Of a stretch of 64,000 nucleotides of DNA, positions 10,016-21,374 are shown one piece after another; positions within the stretch are counted from its first letter, which is position 1; each line of letters opens with the position of its first letter. The stretch is from Leptolyngbyaceae cyanobacterium. GTDB lineage: Bacteria; Cyanobacteriota; Cyanobacteriia; Phormidesmidales; Phormidesmidaceae. The position numbers and the translations under genes are program-made. The DNA lies in contig CBDHHL010000032.1 of NCBI GenBank assembly GCA_965263355.1, positions 3,680,001-3,744,000 on the forward strand, read 5' to 3'. The notes beneath the pieces are model-generated. The model worked only from the letters and a program-made list of their open reading frames with translations. It was not told the DNA's origin and made no database searches.

Positions 10016-10849
10016 CTACGCATCAACGGTCTCTATGCGGCCATAAAATAAGCCTTGGACCTTAACATCAGAGGGCTCAGCTGTCCCCATGTCTGTGTCA
10101 GAAGGCTGCTCACACTCAAATGTGCCAGCAATTTCGCCTGTAATGCTATCTACCTTCTCAACTTGAAGGGACATGGTGCCTTGTCCAACTTTGAAGGCCT
10201 TCATATTCTCTTTGACTAACTCTTCGGTATCACCACCAGCTGGTAAAGCGACAGCAGTGTCATAGCCCGTGGTTAAACCACGACCTTTTGGATCCAAGAA
10301 ATTAGATGTGCGGTAAGACGGCACACGATAGTCACCAATAAAGTCAGTAGATGACGTTACAGCATTCAACCCACTCTGAGACTTGGCAACTAGACCCTTG
10401 ATAGTGAATAAGAAAGGAATCTCTTCACCGCCTGGTAGCAAAACAGTGACGGCCTGAAAATCCATGCCATCTTTTTCGCGGAATACAAGACTGCCGTCCT
10501 CATTAGCTTCTAGGGCACCACGTACCTGGTCCAAACTAGAGGTGTAGCGGGTTAAGGATTTGCCAGGGACAAATTCAGCTTCCCGACGCTTGTTAGCAGC
10601 TTCCTCTTTAACAAAGAAGCTAGTCGGCTCTAAGCATAGACCCGCAATCTGATATGATTGACCATCTTCAATAGCAATTTCCCCGCGACGAACACTAGAA
10701 ATTTGGGGACAGCTGTTGGCTAATCCTGTATTTCTAATCTGGTCGTAGGTTAGGGGGGTGTTGCCGTCAGCACTAGGAACATCGCTACATGCTGTTAAAA
10801 CACCCATGCAGAGTGCTAGAAATGCAACGATTAGGGCACGATACCTCAT
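10016..10849 (-). CDS. psbO: Photosystem II manganese-stabilising protein
   Basis: MRYRALIVAFLALC signal peptide, LTYDQI.NTGLANSCP, VPSYRTSNFLDPKGRG, QPSDTDMG. Confidence 0.97.
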   Translation of the reverse strand: MRYRALIVAFLALCMGVLTACSDVPSADGNTPLTYDQIRNTGLANSCPQISSVRRGEIAIEDGQSYQIAGLCLEPTSFFVKEEAANKRREAEFVPGKSLTRYTSSLDQVRGALEANEDGSLVFREKDGMDFQAVTVLLPGGEEIPFLFTIKGLVAKSQSGLNAVTSSTDFIGDYRVPSYRTSNFLDPKGRGLTTGYDTAVALPAGGDTEELVKENMKAFKVGQGTMSLQVEKVDSITGEIAGTFECEQPSDTDMGTAEPSDVKVQGLFYGRIETVDA

Positions 10850-11184
10850 GGTTAACCTCAAACAAAAAAGATTTTATGTAAGAAAATTTGTCAGTGGTTA
10901 TATAACCGACTAGGGGCTTATGATGTTGCCTATGCCTCAAGCTTTCTGTTGCAAAAAGCCCTTTACCTAGGCTTGCCGAAGACGCCCTCAGGATAGCCAA
11001 CTAATCTTCCCGAGAGTATTTTACACGGACGAGCCCCCGGTGAATGCTGAAAATTACCAAATCTGGTGCATTGATTGGCACTTGGAGTCTAGATAGCGTT
11101 ATCAGTGAGTTAATCACTAATTTGGTCTACACTATCTGCATCATTAGGCTTGGATTCTCTCAAAATTAATTAGAATTAACACTT

Positions 11185-11256
11185 AAACCACATTTAAGTT
11201 GAAACCTGTAGATTCTTCACCGGAGAAGCGGTCGTTCTGGGTGTGGACAAAATTTA
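11185..11256 (+). repeat. 72-bp dispersed repeat, copy B
   Basis: aaaccacatttaagttgaaacctgtagattcttcaccgg...gttctgggtgtggacaaaattta; ends 19 nt before ATG 11276. Confidence 0.85.
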
Positions 11257-11275
11257 TATTTAATGGACCTGTTAG

Positions 11276-11596
11276 ATGGAACTGTATTCTTCAGATACTG
11301 CCTGTGGGCCAATAGCTGATATTGAGGAAATTCGACTAGTGGTGCAAACAGCCGCTCAAAAGAGAGTAAAGGATTGTGAGGCTCTCCTGGCGTTGTTAAG
11401 GCAATTAGAAGAACTCCATCGGGATATTCGTGAGACCCTCTTTCAGGAGTCGTTACCTACTAATCGGCAGCACTTGTATCATTTGCTGCGGGATATTGAG
11501 GTTAATGGTGGATGGCCTTATATACAGCGAATGAAGCTCACAGAGTTACTCAAAACTATAGAGAATGACTCTGGGGTAGAAATGCCGAGTAAGTAG
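11276..11596 (+). CDS. Hypothetical protein (all-helical; resembles a conserved cyanobacterial family)
   Basis: LLALLRQLEELHRDIR...FQESLP.NRQ.LY.LLRDIE..GGWPYI.RMKL pattern. Confidence 0.7.
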   Translation: MELYSSDTACGPIADIEEIRLVVQTAAQKRVKDCEALLALLRQLEELHRDIRETLFQESLPTNRQHLYHLLRDIEVNGGWPYIQRMKLTELLKTIENDSGVEMPSK

Positions 11597-11795
11597 TCAT
11601 GTTTGTCATAACTTAATGGGTGTTGGCTGTTCTATGGCTAACACGATGGTTTTGTGAACATTTACACAAAGGGTGATACAATCTGCCAGTTTTTAGGGCT
11701 GGGTTTAAGTGATGGATTAGTTGCTTGAGGTTGGTTGCGGGTTGGCATATTTTTGCAACGGCCCTGTTAGTTGTTCGTCGTGGTATTGCATGGCT

Positions 11796-13289
11796 ATGGT
11801 AGGTCTTCAGCATTTGAGTCATCGTTGTTTAGCAGGGTTGTTGGCCTTATTGAGTGTGGCTACAATGCATCGCCCTGGGTTAGCTCAAGTCGGTGAACTC
11901 AATCGCTATTGCCAATTGTCTCAAGTTGAAGTTGATGCTAAGGAGGACTTACGGCAGCAGGCGGCTAATGGAGATGCGGTTGCGATCGCACAATACGGGG
12001 ATCTGCTCAAACGCCATACTGATATGTTGCGCTCGTGTCGTCAGCGTCAGTGGCCTCGGCAACAGGCAATTTGGCTCAGGCTATATCCTTGTGATTTGCG
12101 GCCAGGGGTTCTGGATGCCTTGATGGATCGGGTGGTTAACCTGGGGTATACCGAAGTTTATGTCGAGGTGTTTTATAACGGTCAGGTCCTGCTTCCCAAG
12201 CAAGAAAACCGGACTGCATGGCCCAGTGTGGTTCAGCAAAAGGGATATGAAAATCGAGATTTGTTGGCAGATGCGATCGCAGCAGGGCGTCGACGTGGGC
12301 TCAAAGTCTATGCCTGGATGTTTACGATGAACTTTGGCTATTCCTATGGCCAGAGACGCGATCGCCAACAAGTATTAGCCCGTAATGGTAATGGTGAAAC
12401 TACGTCAGCCTTTGCCAGTCGTGGTGGTAGTAATAATCCTGAAGAAATTTTTATTGATCCCTATAACTATCAGGCCCAGAGCGATTACCTACGCATGTTG
12501 GCTTTGGTCTTGCAGCGTAAACCTGATGGTGTCCTCTTCGACTATATTCGCTATCCAAGAGGGTCTGGCAGCAATTCAGTTGTAGGCCAGGTGGGCGATT
12601 TGTGGATCTATGGCAATGCTGCTCAAAATTCATTGATTCAGAGAGCCTTGAATAATAAAGGTAGAGAGCTTATTCGTCAGTTTCTCAATCGAGGCTACTT
12701 AACTGATGGAGACCTTGATCGCATTGATCGGCAGTTTCCTAATGAAGCGGAACCGTTATGGCAAAGTCGCAGGGAGAATGGTAGTACGAGCGATTTACCT
12801 GCGGCTGCCCGTCGTCCCGTTTTGCAGTTAGAACTATGGCGATTAAGCGTTGCCCATGCTGTCCAAGGTGTCATTGACTTTCTCAATGCAGCGGCTCAGC
12901 CAGTAAAGCAGCAAAATATTCCTGTGGGAGCTGTTTTTTTTCCCAGTGCCAATCAACCTGTTGGTACCCAAGGTTACGATTCGCGGTTACAACACTGGAA
13001 TCGTTTTCCTACCTCAATAAGCTGGCACCCAATGGCCTATAGCATTTGCGGCAATACGCGTTGCATTGTGCAAGAGGTGCAGTCAGTGCTACGGCAAGGC
13101 AATGCTAGGAATGTTCGGCCTGCTCTGGCAGGAGTATGGGGAAAATCTATCAACAATCGACCATCCTTAGAAGCCCAGATGGCTGCTATTCAGCAGGCCG
13201 CCCCGAATATTAATTCAGTCAGCCATTTTGCCTATTCTTGGCAAGATCCAGAATTTGATCGAGTTAGGAAATTTTGCGCTTTACCTTAA
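11796..13289 (+). CDS. Family 10 glycosyl-hydrolase-like (GHL10/DUF187) exported protein; start uncertain
   Basis: Signal-peptide-like N-terminus, VYVEVFYNG, GLKVYAW, PDGVLFDYIRYP. Confidence 0.75.
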   Translation: MVGLQHLSHRCLAGLLALLSVATMHRPGLAQVGELNRYCQLSQVEVDAKEDLRQQAANGDAVAIAQYGDLLKRHTDMLRSCRQRQWPRQQAIWLRLYPCDLRPGVLDALMDRVVNLGYTEVYVEVFYNGQVLLPKQENRTAWPSVVQQKGYENRDLLADAIAAGRRRGLKVYAWMFTMNFGYSYGQRRDRQQVLARNGNGETTSAFASRGGSNNPEEIFIDPYNYQAQSDYLRMLALVLQRKPDGVLFDYIRYPRGSGSNSVVGQVGDLWIYGNAAQNSLIQRALNNKGRELIRQFLNRGYLTDGDLDRIDRQFPNEAEPLWQSRRENGSTSDLPAAARRPVLQLELWRLSVAHAVQGVIDFLNAAAQPVKQQNIPVGAVFFPSANQPVGTQGYDSRLQHWNRFPTSISWHPMAYSICGNTRCIVQEVQSVLRQGNARNVRPALAGVWGKSINNRPSLEAQMAAIQQAAPNINSVSHFAYSWQDPEFDRVRKFCALP

Positions 13290-13344
13290 ACCATTGCAAA
13301 ATTAACCAATGGAGTTAGTTTCGGGGCTGTGATACATTTTGCTA

Positions 13345-16300
13345 CTATTCCACACCTTCAATGCGGTTTTCCACTTCCTCGTAAAGTTCCTGCAAACGCT
13401 CAATGTTTTCATCGCTAGTTTCCCAGTAGCCTCGACCATTGACTTCCAGTAAGGTAGTCACCATGCGACGGAAGGAATTGGGGTTAAGATCCATGAGCCG
13501 CTTACACATTTCCTCATCTTGAATAAATGTGGTGTTGGTATCTTCGTAAACCCAGTTGTCTACGGCATCAGCTGTGGCGGACCATCCCATTGTGTTCACC
13601 AAGCGGTTAGATAGTTCGCGCACACCTTCGTAGCCGTTAGACAACATACCTTCGTACCACTTCGGATTGAGCAACTTAGTACGGGAATCCAAACGAACTG
13701 TTTCAGATAGGGTACGTACCTGAGCATTTGCAGTGGTGGTATCGGCCACAAAGGAAGAGGGCTTTTTGCCATCATCACGCAGCTGGCTAATCACCTTAGT
13801 GGGATCAGAATCAAAATAATGGGAAACGTCAGTTAGCGAAATTTCAGACGAGTCCAGATTTTGGAAGGTGACATCAGCTGTTTTCAGAGATGCCTCAAAC
13901 AAGTCGCGCGACTGGTCCATAACACCAGGATTGTCGGAGTTAAAGGCAAAGGACTTGCGCTTTAGGTACATTTCCTGCAGTTCGGCTTCCTCTTCCCAAC
14001 TACTGTTTTCAACCGCCAGGTTGACGTTTGCTGCATAGGAGCCCGATGCATTAGAAAAAATCCGAGTAGCTGCTTCTCGAAGGGACAACCCCATGTCCTC
14101 GGCCTGCTTTAGAGCGTGTTTACGGACAAAGTTCATCTCCAGGGGCTCATCCGCTTCAGCGGCCATTTTCACAGCTCGGTCTAGTAGAGCCATTTGGTTG
14201 ACAAATAGATCGCGGAATACGCCAGAACAATTAATAACTACGTCGATGCGTGGACGGCCTAATTCTTCTAGGGGAACAATCTCTAGCTTGTTCACTCGTC
14301 CTAATGCATCGGGAATCGGCTTAACACCGACAAACCATAACATCTGAGCCAAAGACTCACCATAGGTTTTAATGTTGTCGGTACCCCAGAGCACGGAAGC
14401 AATGGTTTCAGGATATTGGCCACCGTTCTCTTGGCGCTGACGCTCTAGCAGTCGATCTACTACGATCTTGGCGGACTGAACTGCTGCAGTTGTCGGAATG
14501 GACTGAGGATCCAGGGCATGCAGGTTTTTGCCAGTAGGCAGAACATCTGGGTTGCGTATGGGGTCTCCTCCAGGACCCGGTAAGATATATTCCCCATCCA
14601 ATGCTCTTAACAAAGAGGACAGCTCATTATCGGCAACAACTTGCTTCAAGCAGAACTGGAGATACTCAAACAAAGGTTTGAGAGCGTTCTCGTCGACATT
14701 CTGGTAACCATGCCTATGCAGTGCGTCTACCCAAGGATCTCGGCGCTTACCAACGTTAAAGATCGTCAGCATCGTCTTGAGGGAGACACGACCTTCATCA
14801 TCTACCTGTTCATTAACGATGGCACCAACAGCAGCCCGAGTGGCTTCATTGATGTCGTACAAGAGCTGGACGTCATCTAAAACACCCAGGTCACTATTGT
14901 TGTAGATTTCATCAATGTCACGTTTGATGCTCTCGGCAATGATGCGCTGCAAACTCTTAAAGCCTTCTTCTTCACGATCGAGACTCGCGATATTCACCAG
15001 GGTAGCCACTGCTTCTTCAGCGGTGGGGGGCTTGCCAATAACGTGTAGACCACAGGGCAATAGACGAGATTCGATTTCCATCAGTTTGATGTAAATCTTA
15101 CCGACGAGGGTATCGCGCTCTTCCTTACTGATCTCGCTAGCGTCGTCTACATCCGGTAGAGGCACGTCGCGTTCCAGATTAACCTGACGAGCTTGTTCGA
15201 TAATGGCATTGACAATAGAAATGGCGCGACCACCTTCTTTGAGACTTTGATAGGAGCCAATTAATTCGCTCAGCTCCTTTAGCCCCTTGTATAAACCTGC
15301 ATTTTCTGCTGGCGGTGTGAGGTAACTGATGGTTTCTGCATAGCCACGGCGTTTTGCAATGGTGGCTTCAGAGGGGTTATTGGCAGCATAGTAGTAGAGG
15401 TTTGGCGTGCTGCCGATTAAGTTATCGGGATAGCACTGTCCAGACATTCCCATCTGTTTACCGGGCATAAATTCCAGGGAGCCATGGGTACCAAAATGCA
15501 GCACTGCATCCGCTTTCCAAATCTTCTCGATAAAGGTGTAGTAAGCGGCAAAGCCATGGTGGGGGCTAGCCGAGCGGGAGAATAGGAGTCGCATGGGGTC
15601 ACCTTCATACCCGAAGGTAGGCTGTACCCCAATAAACAGATTGCCGTAGGTCTTTCCGTAAACCAACAGACTCTGACCATCGGTGTTGAGGTTTCCTGGG
15701 GGTGGACCCCAGTTCTCTTCTAGACGCTCTGAGTAAGGCGTGAGCTGTTCATACTCGGCCACCGACATGCGATAGGCGATGTTTAGTTCGGGACTGTTGT
15801 ACTGGGCTTGAGCATCGTTGATCACCTCAAGCATCAAATCCTCAGCTGATTCAGGCATGTCTTTGATGGTGTAGCCCTGGGCATGCATTTCGACCATGGC
15901 TTCATAAATCGAGCCAAAGACATTCAGGTAAGCAGCGGTACCTACATTACCCTTGTCAGGGGGGAAGCTAAAGACGGTAATGGCCAGCTTCTTGTTCGCT
16001 CGCTCAACTCGACGTAGATTGGCCCACTTAAGAGCACGCTGGGAAATGATTTCAACCCGATCCTGGATAGTAATTGCGCGACCCGTCATGCCATCACGAC
16101 CTGAAACCACAATGGGGTCAATGGCTCCGTCCAGTTCAGGAATTGCCATTTGTAAGGCAACCTGAATTGGGTGCAGACCCAGGTCACTGCTTTCCCACTC
16201 TTCAGTTGTTTGAAAGACTAGGGGCAGGGCCACCATGTAGGGACGGTTGAGTCTCTGTAGGGACTCGATTGCTTTGGGGTGATCTTGACGGGCGGGACCA

Positions 16301-17340
16301 CCTACTAGCGCAAAGCCAGTTAGAGAGACAACGGAGTCTACTAGCGGTTCCTGACTCACTGGCTCATAAAAGAACTGCTCTACCGGCTTAGAGAAATCAA
16401 GGCCACCCGCAAAGACTGGAATGATCCGAGCACCCAAATATTCAAGTTCCTGGACCATAGAAGCATAGTGAGCTTCATCACCGGTTACTAGGTGCGTGCG
16501 CTGTAGTACTAGACCCACGCAGGGAGCGTCATCGCGTTTATGGGAGGCTGGTAGGTCGTGGCGTGAGTTATACCAGTTAAGGTATTCCTTAACATCTTCA
16601 TACATACAGGGGGCGAGGGGATGCCAGATACCAGTATCGGGATAGGTGATGGGTTCCTCGTACTCCATCTTGTCTGGCGCACCTTCGATACCCTTATCGC
16701 CGAACATATAGCGGTCAGCCAGCATCAGCATGAAGTTCTCCAGGTTTTCGGGAGAACCGCCCAGCCAATACTGAAAGCTGAGCATAAAGTTACGGGCATC
16801 TTGAGCTTTGTCTACTGGCAGGTACTTAAGTACCTTTGGAAGGGTGCGCAGTAGCTTGAGCATAGCGTCTTCAAAGCTGCCGCCTTGCTTTTGGCGACGC
16901 TTTTTCATGAATTCGCCAATGGCACTCTTGGACTGACCCAGTTGAGCCATGGAAAAGCTGCCCATTTTGTTGAGGCGCATTACCTGGGGCATGGATGGGA
17001 AAACCACTGCTACATCGAGGTTGTCACGGTGAGGGGTAACGGCTGCAACAACCTTCTCAGCCAGCTCTTCGATAAAGATTAGGGAGGCTACAAAAACATT
17101 TGCTTTGGAGACGTCCTCTTTAAATGCTTCGTAGTTTGCATTGTCACGAAGTTCTTCAATCAGATAGCCACTAACTTCTACAGCAATGTGAGGATTTTTA
17201 GCGTTAATGGACTTAACAGCTGCTGATAAAGCACTTTGATACTGTGGCTCTAAAACGACGTAGACCACTTTCATCAAGGACCGTTCGCCAAGATTCTCGG
17301 GTGAGATATGTCTCACAGTGGGCTTGACGTTGGTGAACAT
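13345..17340 (-). CDS. chlH: Magnesium chelatase subunit H
   Basis: 1331 aa; [11 protein letters not shown] start, [35 protein letters not shown] end. Confidence 0.98.
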   Translation of the reverse strand: MFTNVKPTVRHISPENLGERSLMKVVYVVLEPQYQSALSAAVKSINAKNPHIAVEVSGYLIEELRDNANYEAFKEDVSKANVFVASLIFIEELAEKVVAAVTPHRDNLDVAVVFPSMPQVMRLNKMGSFSMAQLGQSKSAIGEFMKKRRQKQGGSFEDAMLKLLRTLPKVLKYLPVDKAQDARNFMLSFQYWLGGSPENLENFMLMLADRYMFGDKGIEGAPDKMEYEEPITYPDTGIWHPLAPCMYEDVKEYLNWYNSRHDLPASHKRDDAPCVGLVLQRTHLVTGDEAHYASMVQELEYLGARIIPVFAGGLDFSKPVEQFFYEPVSQEPLVDSVVSLTGFALVGGPARQDHPKAIESLQRLNRPYMVALPLVFQTTEEWESSDLGLHPIQVALQMAIPELDGAIDPIVVSGRDGMTGRAITIQDRVEIISQRALKWANLRRVERANKKLAITVFSFPPDKGNVGTAAYLNVFGSIYEAMVEMHAQGYTIKDMPESAEDLMLEVINDAQAQYNSPELNIAYRMSVAEYEQLTPYSERLEENWGPPPGNLNTDGQSLLVYGKTYGNLFIGVQPTFGYEGDPMRLLFSRSASPHHGFAAYYTFIEKIWKADAVLHFGTHGSLEFMPGKQMGMSGQCYPDNLIGSTPNLYYYAANNPSEATIAKRRGYAETISYLTPPAENAGLYKGLKELSELIGSYQSLKEGGRAISIVNAIIEQARQVNLERDVPLPDVDDASEISKEERDTLVGKIYIKLMEIESRLLPCGLHVIGKPPTAEEAVATLVNIASLDREEEGFKSLQRIIAESIKRDIDEIYNNSDLGVLDDVQLLYDINEATRAAVGAIVNEQVDDEGRVSLKTMLTIFNVGKRRDPWVDALHRHGYQNVDENALKPLFEYLQFCLKQVVADNELSSLLRALDGEYILPGPGGDPIRNPDVLPTGKNLHALDPQSIPTTAAVQSAKIVVDRLLERQRQENGGQYPETIASVLWGTDNIKTYGESLAQMLWFVGVKPIPDALGRVNKLEIVPLEELGRPRIDVVINCSGVFRDLFVNQMALLDRAVKMAAEADEPLEMNFVRKHALKQAEDMGLSLREAATRIFSNASGSYAANVNLAVENSSWEEEAELQEMYLKRKSFAFNSDNPGVMDQSRDLFEASLKTADVTFQNLDSSEISLTDVSHYFDSDPTKVISQLRDDGKKPSSFVADTTTANAQVRTLSETVRLDSRTKLLNPKWYEGMLSNGYEGVRELSNRLVNTMGWSATADAVDNWVYEDTNTTFIQDEEMCKRLMDLNPNSFRRMVTTLLEVNGRGYWETSDENIERLQELYEEVENRIEGVE

Positions 17341-17364
17341 GCAGTTTACTCCTTCCTCTGTTTT

Positions 17365-17386
17365 TAACCTTATCTACGTCCAGAAC
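17365..17386 (-). repeat. Right-end half of the 72-bp dispersed repeat, upstream of chlH
   Basis: Minus strand gttctggacgtagataaggtta, about 25 nt before the chlH ATG. Confidence 0.65.
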
Positions 17387-17565
17387 GGTTGTTTCAGTAA
17401 TCACGCAACGTAAAAAAACGTTTTACAAAATTGAAGTGGCTACTGTATTGAGAAACACTCAATAACATCTAAATAGGTCTTTAAACCTATTGTGTTTGTA
17501 TCAGAAAATCCCTGCTGACTAGGGATACAGCTATGGATGCGATACAAATTGACATATTGCAACCT

Positions 17566-17595
17566 ACTTTATGTAACGGATTCGTTACATAAAGT
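17566..17595. promoter_or_regulatory. Perfect 13-bp inverted repeat (candidate operator) between divergent chlH and epimerase genes
   Basis: actttatgtaacg-gatt-cgttacataaagt. Confidence 0.5.
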
Positions 17596-17763
17596 GAGAG
17601 TAGTACTTATCCTTATACTTCAAATAAAGTAAAAAAATAAGGGTTGACAAAACTGGTCTTATGATAATTTCGCTGGTTTTAGGATTTTGCCTTTGCCAGT
17701 GCAACAATCTTCCATAAAATCTGAAATCTAAGAGATTTTCTATTGTTTTTTTGGGGGGTGGTT

Positions 17764-18681
17764 ATGCAGATTTTGGTGATGGGTGGAACTCGATTTATTG
17801 GGGTTTATCTGACGCGTTTATTGCGGTTGGCAGGTCATGAGGTGACGCTGCTGAACCGGGGCAATCGGCCTGCGCCTGAAGGGGTGGAAGTGGTGAGGTG
17901 CGATCGCAAATCCCCCGATACTCTCAAAGCAGCCTTATCTAACAGAGCCTTTGACGTCATCTATGACAATAACGGTCGCGAGCTGAGCGACACCCAGCCC
18001 TTGGTTGAACTCTTTGGAGGCACCGTCAAGCAATTTATTTACGTCAGCTCAGCCGGTGTTTATCTCAAAAGCGATCAGATGCCCCATATTGAGGGCGACC
18101 CCGTTGACCCCAACAGCCGTCATAAAGGTAAGCACCACACCGAAGATTATCTAATGCGTCAGGGTGTCCCCTTCACCTCCATTCGACCGGTCTATATCTA
18201 TGGGCCAAAAAACTATAACCCAGTGGAAAAATGGTTTTTTGATCGCCTCAGCCATGACCGTCCATTACTTATTCCAGGGGATGGTAAAGCGATCACTCAG
18301 CTAGGTCACTGTGAAGACTTGGCCCGAGCCATGGTGGCTGTCTTAGGTAACCCCAAGGCCATTGGTCAGATTTACAACATTTCAGGGAATCGCTATGTCA
18401 CTTTTGATGGCTTGGCCCATGCCTGTGCTGACGCCATGGGTAAGGCAGCTCCAGATATTCGCCATTATGACCCGAAGCAATTTGACTTTGGTAAGCGTAA
18501 GGCCTTTCCCATGCGGGTACAGCACTTTTTTGCGGCCATTAACAAAGCCCAACGCGAGCTTGATTGGTATCCTCGCTATAGTTTGGTCAATGGCCTCAAA
18601 GATTCCTATCAGAACGATTACTTGCAGTCGGAGCAATCGGTGGACTTTGATTTAGACGAACAAATTCTGGCAGCTATGTAG
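17764..18681 (+). CDS. NAD-dependent epimerase/dehydratase family protein (CSP41b-like)
   Basis: ILVMGGTRFIG, YDNNGREL.DTQP, SSAGVYLKSDQMPH.EGD.VDP.SRHKGK, DFGKRKAFPMRVQHFF. Confidence 0.85.
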   Translation: MQILVMGGTRFIGVYLTRLLRLAGHEVTLLNRGNRPAPEGVEVVRCDRKSPDTLKAALSNRAFDVIYDNNGRELSDTQPLVELFGGTVKQFIYVSSAGVYLKSDQMPHIEGDPVDPNSRHKGKHHTEDYLMRQGVPFTSIRPVYIYGPKNYNPVEKWFFDRLSHDRPLLIPGDGKAITQLGHCEDLARAMVAVLGNPKAIGQIYNISGNRYVTFDGLAHACADAMGKAAPDIRHYDPKQFDFGKRKAFPMRVQHFFAAINKAQRELDWYPRYSLVNGLKDSYQNDYLQSEQSVDFDLDEQILAAM

Positions 18682-18885
18682 CCTTATCAGGCGGCCCAAC
18701 CCTCCCTAGAACCGAAATCCAGGTTCGGTAACCCCCCCTTCAGGGAATTGCTCAGGATTAGCACTATAGTAATGAGCTTTTAAGAAACCAATTTTCAGGT
18801 TTGTGTAGGAGCAACGCTATTGCTGATTGATGGGATATGCCTAAATCAGTAGAGCTAAGGATATGATTCAGCCGGAGCAATTGAT

Positions 18886-20799
18886 ATGGGAAAAGTAGTT
18901 GGAATTGACTTAGGTACTACAAACTCTGTAGTCGCTGTAATGGAAGGGGGTAAGCCCACTGTAATTGCAAACGCAGAAGGCTTTCGTACCACACCCTCTG
19001 TGGTTGCCTATGCCAAGAGTGGCGACCGCTTAGTGGGGCAAATTGCCAAGCGTCAAGCTGTCATGAACCCCATGAATACGTTTTATTCCGTAAAGCGTTT
19101 CATCGGTCGTCGCAATGACGAAGTTGGTAACGAGTCTTCAGAAGTTCCTTATAACGTTCTAAACGTCAACGGCAATGTAAAAATTGAGTGCACCAACGCT
19201 GATAAGCAGTTTGCCCCCGAAGAAATTTCTGCCCAGGTATTGCGTAAGCTTGCGGATGACGCCAGTAAGTATCTCGGTGACCAGGTCACTCAGGCAGTGA
19301 TTACTGTTCCCGCTTACTTTAACGACTCCCAGCGTCAGGCAACTAAGGATGCTGGTCGAATTGCTGGTCTAGAAGTATTACGGATTATCAACGAACCAAC
19401 GGCGGCTGCCTTGGCCTATGGCTTGGATAAGAAGAGCAATGAGACCATTCTGGTTTTTGACTTGGGGGGTGGTACCTTCGACGTTTCTATTCTGGAAGTA
19501 GGCGACGGTGTCTTTGAAGTATTGTCTACATCTGGTGATACCCACCTGGGGGGTGACGACTTTGACAAGAAGATCGTGGATCACTTGGCTGAGCAGTTTA
19601 TGTCTCAGGAAGGTATTGACCTGCGTAAGGACAAGCAAGCGCTACAGCGCTTAACTGAGGCAGCTGAAAAAGCCAAGATTGAGCTTTCTAGCGTTACCCA
19701 GGCAGAAATCAACCTGCCCTTTATTACTGCTACTCAGGATGGTCCTAAGCACCTTGACCTTACCTTGACTCGGGCACAGTTTGAAGAGCTAGCGTCTGAT
19801 CTAATTGACCGTTGTGGTGTCCCGGTAGAAAACGCTATTCGCGATGCCAAGCTGGCTAAGGGGGACATCAATGAAGTTGTACTGGTGGGTGGTTCCACTC
19901 GTATTCCTGCGGTTCAAGAGCTAGTCACTAAGATCTTGGGTAAAGAGCCCAACCAGAGTGTTAACCCTGACGAAGTGGTTGCCATTGGGGCGGCGATTCA
20001 GGGGGGTGTCTTGGCAGGTGAAGTCAAGGATATCTTGCTGCTCGACGTGACGCCTCTATCCTTGGGTGTAGAAACTCTGGGGGGTGTCATGACTAAGCTA
20101 ATCCCCAGAAATACCACAATTCCTACCAAGAAGTCTGAGGTATTCTCCACAGCGGTAGACGGTCAGACTAACGTTGAAATTCATGTGCTCCAGGGTGAGC
20201 GTGAGATGGCCAACGATAATAAAGACCTGGGTGTGTTCCGTCTAGATGGAATTCCGCCTGCGCCCCGTGGGGTACCTCAAATTGAGGTCACATTTGATAT
20301 CGATGCCAACGGTATTTTGAACGTCACCGCTAAGGATAAGGGTACTGGTAAGGAACAGTCTATTAGTATCACGGGTGCGTCCACCCTCTCTGACGATGAA
20401 GTTGACCGGATGGTGCGAGATGCGGAAGCCAATGCCTCTGCTGATAAAGAGCGCCGCGATAAGATCGATGTCAAGAACCAGGCCGATTCGTTGGTTTACC
20501 AGGCTGAGAAGCAAATGGGTGAATTGGGCGATAAGGTTTCTGAGGATGATAAGTCCAAAGTGGAAACTGAGATTGCCAGTTTGAAGGACGCGCTTGCATC
20601 CGATGATGCTGACAAGATCAAAGCAGGCACTGAGTCGTTACAGCAAGCACTATTTGCCTTGAGCAGCAGTATGTACGGCGGTGCTGATGCAGCAGCAGCG
20701 GCGGCTGATCCAGGCGCTGCTGGCGGTGGTGATGCCCCCAGCGGTGGCGGTGACGACGATGTCATTGATGCCGAATTCTCAGAAGAAAACGATAAGTAA
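18886..20799 (+). CDS. dnaK: Chaperone DnaK (DnaK2 type)
   Basis: [17 protein letters not shown], and C-terminal DDVIDAEF. Confidence 0.98.
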   Translation: MGKVVGIDLGTTNSVVAVMEGGKPTVIANAEGFRTTPSVVAYAKSGDRLVGQIAKRQAVMNPMNTFYSVKRFIGRRNDEVGNESSEVPYNVLNVNGNVKIECTNADKQFAPEEISAQVLRKLADDASKYLGDQVTQAVITVPAYFNDSQRQATKDAGRIAGLEVLRIINEPTAAALAYGLDKKSNETILVFDLGGGTFDVSILEVGDGVFEVLSTSGDTHLGGDDFDKKIVDHLAEQFMSQEGIDLRKDKQALQRLTEAAEKAKIELSSVTQAEINLPFITATQDGPKHLDLTLTRAQFEELASDLIDRCGVPVENAIRDAKLAKGDINEVVLVGGSTRIPAVQELVTKILGKEPNQSVNPDEVVAIGAAIQGGVLAGEVKDILLLDVTPLSLGVETLGGVMTKLIPRNTTIPTKKSEVFSTAVDGQTNVEIHVLQGEREMANDNKDLGVFRLDGIPPAPRGVPQIEVTFDIDANGILNVTAKDKGTGKEQSISITGASTLSDDEVDRMVRDAEANASADKERRDKIDVKNQADSLVYQAEKQMGELGDKVSEDDKSKVETEIASLKDALASDDADKIKAGTESLQQALFALSSSMYGGADAAAAAADPGAAGGGDAPSGGGDDDVIDAEFSEENDK

Positions 20800-20873
20800 C
20801 TTCAACCACCACGGCGGCTCTCCTTTTAGGATTAGCTGCCGTGGCATAGCCGACAAACTTGCTCCGGCTAGCA

Positions 20874-20907
20874 AGGGGGTGGATGGTTTTACCATTCACC
20901 TTTTTTT
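20874..20907 (+). terminator. Rho-independent terminator after dnaK
   Basis: ggtggatggt-ttt-accattcacc hairpin followed by T7. Confidence 0.75.
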
Positions 20908-21071
20908 GTTGTCTTAAATGCTTTGTAACCTCTGTCAGGTTAGTTCAGGCAATAGATATGCCCAAAAGTCTCTAATGACAACAGCTAACCTGATCCGATA
21001 TCGACGAATAAATTACTGCCTGCAACAACTCTCAGCTTTAGCTCAGGCTTTGATGTATTTACACAAATTTC

Positions 21072-21087
21072 TGTAGTTTTTGATACA
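21072..21087. promoter_or_regulatory. Candidate NtcA-type site upstream of the porin gene
   Basis: TGTA-gtttttga-TACA matches GTA-N8-TAC with T/A flanks; no -10 box at the canonical spacing was seen. Confidence 0.4.
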
Positions 21088-21374
21088 TAGACTCTCAGGA
21101 GGGATTCAGGCTACTAATCTATGTTTCCTATTGTTAGGAATTCCTAGTTGGATGACCTGGCAAAAACATTATTTCCAGCTTTCTCTAGACCAGCAAAGCC
21201 AATTTTTATATAGATACATAGGGGATTAGAACATTGCTGTTCATTTCTTAAGAGGAATTGAACAGCATCCTCGGGGATTAGTCTGAGGATGGTTGCTTAT
21301 GTTCTATTTAAGAAAAATTCTTGTTTGGTGATAGAGCTTGCTGCGTTGAAATGTGTGGTGATTAAGGAAAAGAC

